The notes under the pieces were generated by a model. The model did not search any database and was not told where the DNA came from. It saw nothing but the letters and a program-made list of their open reading frames with translations. From Squalus acanthias (Eukaryota), in the NCBI GenBank assembly GCA_030390025.1, contig CM059430.1, forward strand, positions 62,682,001-62,746,000: DNA of 64,000 bases, read 5' to 3'. Below, in pieces: positions 61,630 to 64,000 of the stretch (the stretch's first letter is position 1; every line of letters begins with the position of its first letter). The position numbers were made by a program, and so were the translations under genes.

Positions 61630-62580
61630 AATCATAGAATCAGAAACCTACGGCACAGAGGAGGCCATTCGGCCCATCGTGTCTGTGCCAGCCTAAAAAG
61701 AGCGATGCTGCCTAATCCCATGTACCCGCTCTTGATCCGTAGACCTGTAGATTACGGCATTTCAAGTGCATATCCAAGTACTTTTTAAATGCATTGAGGG
61801 TCTCTGCCTCTACCACACTTTCAGGCAGTGAGTTCCAGACCCCCACCACCCTCTGGGAGAAAAATCTTCTCCTCAAATCCCCTCTAATCCTTCTACCAAT
61901 TCCTTTAAATCGATGCCCCCTAGTTATTGACCTCTGCTAAGGGAAATAGATCCTTTCTATCCCCTTTATCTAGCCCACTAATAATTGTATACACCTCAAT
62001 TAAGTCTCCCCTCAGCCTCCTCTGTTGTCAGGAATACAACCCCAGCCTATCCAATCATTCCTCATAGCTAAAATTTTCCAGTCCTGGCAACAGCCTCGTA
62101 AATCTCCTCTGTACCCTCTCTAATGCAATCATATCTTTCCTGTAATATGGTGACCAGAACGGTACACAGTTCTCAAGCTGTGGCCTAACTAGTGCTTCAT
62201 ACAGTTCAAAGCATAACCTCCCTGCTCTTATACTCTAGGCCTCGGCTAATAAAATAAAGTATCCCGTACGCCTTCTTAACAACCTTATCTACCTGTCCTG
62301 CTATCTTCAGGGATCTGTGACACGCACTCCAAGGCCTGTCTGTTTCTCTACACTCCTCAGTATCCTACCATTTATTCTGTATTCCCTTGCCTTATGAGCC
62401 CTCCCCAAATGCATTACCTCACACTTCTCCGAGTTGAATTCCATTTATCAATTTTCTGTCCACCTGACCAAGAGCTGGAAAATGGGATTAGAATAGACAG
62501 GGCTTGATGGCCGGCGCGGACACGATGGGGAGAAGGGCCTCTTTCTGTGCTGTATAACCCTATGACTCTATGACTCTATA
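61630..62580 (-). mobile_element. CR1 3' fragments inserted in the LTR element pol
   Basis: Minus-strand CR1 3' end at 61630-62470, plus a short plus-strand tail (ctatgact)n at ~62560-62580. Confidence 0.75.
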
Positions 62581-64000
62581 AACAAGTTATGTAGCGGTGT
62601 TTCCAGCCGTCTGATTGCGAGTGGGAAAATCCTCTACCCATCGTGAGAATGCATCTACCACAACTAAGAGATATTTATGACCCCGTGATGTAATAGTTAA
62701 AGGCCCTGTGTAATCAATCTGTATCTGCTGCCAAGGACCCGAGCGTGGCTGTCGCATTATAGACCCCATTTTCTGTTTCCTTACAGGATCAAATCTAACA
62801 CAGCTCAAACATCCTGCCACAGTATCTTAATATCCTGTCCCATACCAGGCCACCATCAATCAGTCCTAAATATCCCTCCATACCTTCGCATTTAGGGTGT
62901 CCGCCGACATTATAGCAATGGATCCACTGCTTTAAATCTTTCCGAACTGAATTGGGAAGCAACCATAATTTAACTCCATCCTGCACCCGAAAAACGAGGT
63001 CCTGATGTCGTTCAATCAATTCTTCGCCCAAGGCAACAGACTGATAGATAGACATGAGAGGCGCCAGCTGGTCTTCCTGTCATTGTAAGTCCCGGAGCAG
63101 ACCAGGCTGAGCAGATCATTTACTCTGTCCCCTCGTCACAACCGGAGCCACAGGTATTGCTGCAAAAGCAATGTCCCAGGGCCACGGAGGGGCCTCAAGA
63201 GCCGCCAGTTTTTCTGCCTCATCTGCTATCCTATTGCTCCGGGATAACGGACATTTCTTCCTGTGTTTCTTTAATTTTTGCCATTGACATCCTACGTACT
63301 GACGTACACGAACCTGTATAACTTGCCACATGGGACCAATTTTAATCGCAACGCCATCGGTAGCCATGAAATTGTTATCTATGCACCACTGCAGCAATTG
63401 CATACATCCCCGAAACACATAATCAGAGTCAAGCACAATAACCAACTCCTTCTCCCGAGTGCCTTCTTCAAGCACTGTCAACACAGCAGCCAGCGCCACA
63501 AATTTTGCTGATCGAGAGCATGACACTCCATTTATGCGAACACAGCCAGCCCAGCACGGGGCTGTCCACTCAAGAACTGCCGTCTGTATACCAAAATACC
63601 CCCATCATCTTTAGTCTGGTCAGTAGTCTTTTCCTTAAAAATGGAGTGATTTAATGATGTGGAGGTGGCCTCTCACACATGGAGCTTACCCTCAATTAGA
63701 ATACCGGTCACCCACTCTTGTGGCCTATTCAATTGGTGTAATTTAACATTCTAAGCATGTAGAAGCAGAATCCACTGCCGTGGATGACCGCTATTCTAAA
63801 GTTAGCGAGTTTGCCTTCCAACAGCATTTTCAGGGGTGTCTGGTTTATCCAAAGATGAGCATCTTGCATCCCTGGAAGATATTCAAATTTCTGGACACCC
63901 CAGTTGGAGGACAGGATCAAATTTCTACTCCAGCCCATTTTCAACTCCGGAGATTTAAGTAATCTAGACCAAAAGCAATGGGGCAGTGGTCATCGCCATA

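Larger units (their letters stand above)
57928..64000 (-). mobile_element. Degenerate env-bearing LTR retroelement / ERV, 3' half, running off the window
   Basis: 3' LTR 57928-58578 (TGTT...AACA) preceded by PPT AAAAAGTGGAGGA. RNase H WYTDGSS / DSDYV / NRIAD, integrase QIDYTGPL...LVVVDAFSRWVE, GPF motif ~61295, env-like 58635-59400 (WWGSLLGWSPSAAGFLN then a hydrophobic run). Confidence 0.8.

Overview
Vertebrate genomic DNA. The repeat families suggest a cartilaginous fish, which is an inference. More than half of the window is repeats: CR1-type LINEs, a second jockey-group LINE family, ~740-bp TIR elements and two env-bearing LTR elements. Two minus-strand multi-exon immunoglobulin-superfamily genes lie in a tandem segmental duplication (~1.7-22.4 kb vs ~30.2-58.6 kb). 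I spliced both by hand as leader - V (J-like strand in the same exon) - C1 - TM - cytoplasmic exons. Gene B (45011->30741, 341 aa) has a neutral TM and a tail with an ITIM (LTYAAI) and an ITSM-like motif (TEYAQL). Gene A (7970->3130, 285 aa) has Arg and Asp in or next to its TM and a tail cut short by a 2-nt frameshift. Their V exons differ at only 1 of 321 nt, while the TM and tail exons are much more diverged. Gene A also carries an orphan second V exon. Together this looks like a paired inhibitory/activating, non-rearranging VJ-C1 receptor system whose ligand-binding exon was recently homogenised. Both genes also retain a candidate alternative terminal exon resembling a GPI signal. Exon boundaries and difference counts are from manual reading and lack transcript support.
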